Shown: in pieces, positions 61,462-64,000 of the stretch
Numbering within the stretch: the stretch's first letter is position 1
How the letters are laid out: each line of letters starts with the position of its first letter
DNA from: Octopus sinensis
Lineage: Eukaryota
Direction of reading: 5' to 3'
NCBI RefSeq assembly: GCF_006345805.1
Contig: NW_021832124.1
Location: forward strand, 239,034 to 303,033
DNA length: 64,000 nt
Notes under the pieces: generated by a model
Seen by the model: the letters and a program-made list of their open reading frames with translations, nothing else
The model's database searches: none
Told to the model about the DNA's origin: nothing
Position numbers and translations under genes: made by a program

Positions 61462-64000
61462 TAATCTACCTCCTTATCCATCCATTCATTTTATAGGCTT
61501 CCCATGTCAGAGTTTTAACAAATAATTCCTACGAATATATATAAATATCTGCCGCCCTTAGTAATAAGTCGTTGGGAATCAGAAGATATTTTGCACACAT
61601 CTGGGCAACTTTCATTATTGTCCGGATTCTGCTCTGAGGAAGTGAAATGTTATCCATTCAGACACCACCAGAAAATATTACCCCTTTTATAATTTTATTA
61701 TTTTTAAGTAACAGCTTCATTATTAGGATATTTTTTCCTTAAATATTTTTTTAACGAAATTTGGACCTCAATAAAATAAGGAGCGTAAAAAGACTATTAA
61801 TTGTCAAGAGAAATTGAGTACAGTCAAGCTCCTTTAAAACGATTCCTCTCGGGACCGACGAAATTGTCGGTATAGCGGGGAGGCCTGTATATTGAACATG
61901 TCATTTATAAACAAAAAGTGAAATTAATCTGTCAATAAGGATTGCATTTAGCTTCGATTCAGGAATCGTTTCATTGTTCAGATAGAGCAGTCGGTTTACG
62001 GGAACGAGTAATTCAGAGTCTTGAGTGCACGCATATGGCCAAATTGGTTTAGTATTTGCTGAACATTTCCACAGCTTAATCGTTTTCTCTATCATTTTTT
62101 ATATGCCTGTATGTCTATATGAGCGTTCACCCAATGCAGCGACTGGGCGCGTTGCGTGCTTTCTGCCTGCGGAGAGGTGCCTGGCTACGCATGTTTAACG
62201 CCATGGTGTTATCCGTGTTGACCTATGGCGTACATGCCTGGCACTTCTGCGAGGACAAGGAGAAGTACGTTGACGCACTCAAGAAAGTCAGAAGACAAGC
62301 CATCCGGCTAGCCCATGACTTAGAATGGCGAGAGGAGCTTTCGGACGCCCAGGAATTGTCCCTCAAAGGCCTCCCGAGGTCCTATAATGTCTGGGTGAAA
62401 GGCAAGGCAGCATAGTTTGCGACTGAGAGGTGAGCGTGTGTGCAGGACTGAAAAGGCAGGAATGCGGAAGGTCTTTATCTACCCTCTACTAACAGCCTCT
62501 TTTTAAATAAATATTTTTCCTTCACATGAATCTGTTGTACTCAAAAAATTGGGCGTAATTTCACGGAGTTGTAGTGAATACAGGAATTAAAGACATGGAA
62601 TAGGCCATCAAAAACGTGACAAATTAAAGAAGAGATTCGAGATTAGCACGGACGGCATCAATATATTCAGCAGTATTGCAGTAGGCATCTTCTTTCAGAC
62701 TGAGCAAAATAAAACAAGACAGCAAACTTATCAGCCCCCTTATTCACGCAGATTGCCAAGTCCTTCGTCATTATTCCCCGGTTGATGGTTTCCACACAGG
62801 CCTTCTCCAACATGGTGCAAAATCTGACCAATTCTGGGTTGTTGTCGAGGACCCCTCGGTGGTTCAATCCAGACGTCCACGCAAAAATACTGGCGACGGG
62901 ATTAGTGCTGGTGGCCTTCCCTTGCTGGTATTGGCGGTAATGGCGAGTGACGGTTCCATGGGCCGCCTCGGATTCGAGGGTGACACCATCGGGGCACATG
63001 AGAACACTCTTCATCATCCCCAATGACCCATAGCCTGCATTTCACTCACACCCGTACCCTGAGCTATCACATCCGACTGCACATCCCCGTCGTAGTTCTT
63101 GAGGGCCCAAATAAAACCTCCGTCGGACTTGAGGGCCTGAGCCACCATGTCGTCAATCAGACGATGCTGGTAGTCAATTCCCATCTCACGGAACTTGGTT
63201 TGGTAGTGACTAGGGATGGGGACAAGGACCAACCGAGCGTACATTTTTTGGAATATGTCCTTGAACTTGCCGTCGTATACTTTGAGAATGGTATTCTTCG
63301 TGCTCATAAACAACGGCATTTTCTTGGAAAGGGCCAATTCGAAACAACTCTTTGCGAAATTCGAGATAGACTACAAGAATGGGCAATTGGCAACCTCGTC
63401 CGTGTTGTACATGGCCATGGCAACCCCGGGGGACGAAAATCTGAACACGGATTTCCGCAACTGGTCTGAGGATCTGGCCGGCCTGAATACCAGTTCGACT
63501 TCTCCGGGCTCATTCACCAGTAATTCCGTCGATTTGTACTGCCCGTCAGTATAAAATGCAACCTGATCGCCGTAAGCATGTCTGCCCACTATGATCGGCC
63601 TGTTCCAGGATGGGACTACCCTCGGAATATTGTCGCAGAGAATTGGCTCACGGAAAACAGTCCCGTTGAGTATATTTCTGATGGTTCCGTTTGGACTGGG
63701 GTACATTTTCTTGAGGTTGAACTCTACAATGCACATTTCTCAAACCTCGCACTCGGTCTTGGTCGGGAGTGATTGTCGCACATTTAATGCCCACGTTGTA
63801 CTTTCTGATGGCGTGGGCTGCATCGACCGTCACTTGGTCGTCGGTGGAGTCGCGGTTTGTTATGGATAAATCATAGTAGAGACACTTCAAGTCCAAATAG
63901 GGTTTTATCAACTTTGATCATTTATATAATTTACTGTCGATTTTATATCCGCCCAAATTACACGAGTCATTTCGTCACCGTCAAGTTCTACAATGGGGTT
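61462..64000. repeat. Direct duplicate of 45010-47545: truncated CHRAC1, RT remnant and IDH2
   Basis: Offset 16455 bp; first ~340 bp indel-rich, remainder appears identical. Confidence 0.97.
62624..64000 (-). CDS. IDH2: IDH2 second copy; 5' end lies outside the window
   Basis: Same translation as copy 1. Confidence 0.85.

Overview
Gene-dense eukaryotic (animal) DNA. Nearly every conserved gene is broken by 22-31 nt spliceosomal micro-introns, which is why the ORF track is shredded; this architecture is typical of dicyemid mesozoans, though the taxon is an inference. After manual splicing I recognise the 5' part of axonemal dynein DNAH7, two tandem intronless ETS genes, GPKOW, a FabG-like SDR, a CLINT1-like ENTH protein, a CRIB microprotein, mitoguardin, an AT-hook+bHLH factor, CCDC174, COA7, tRNA-Met, COQ3, TEX2, NEK1, CHRAC1 and IDH2. 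These lie among Tc1, pogo, hAT, Helitron and non-LTR elements, a 95-bp minisatellite and a ~7-kb array of a ~170-bp satellite, followed by a second copy of the CHRAC1-IDH2 block. The most unusual signals are: (i) a cluster of short deletions removing conserved residues from the dynein motor, including the AAA1 P-loop; (ii) a window-wide signature of microhomology-bounded deletions plus a templated insertion; (iii) a micro-intron inside a pogo transposase; (iv) E-boxes in both tandem arrays, near a divergent AT-hook-bHLH gene. Many 1-nt homopolymer deletions suggest imperfect long-read consensus, so all lesions need read-level checks. Protein identifications are from motif recall, not database searches.
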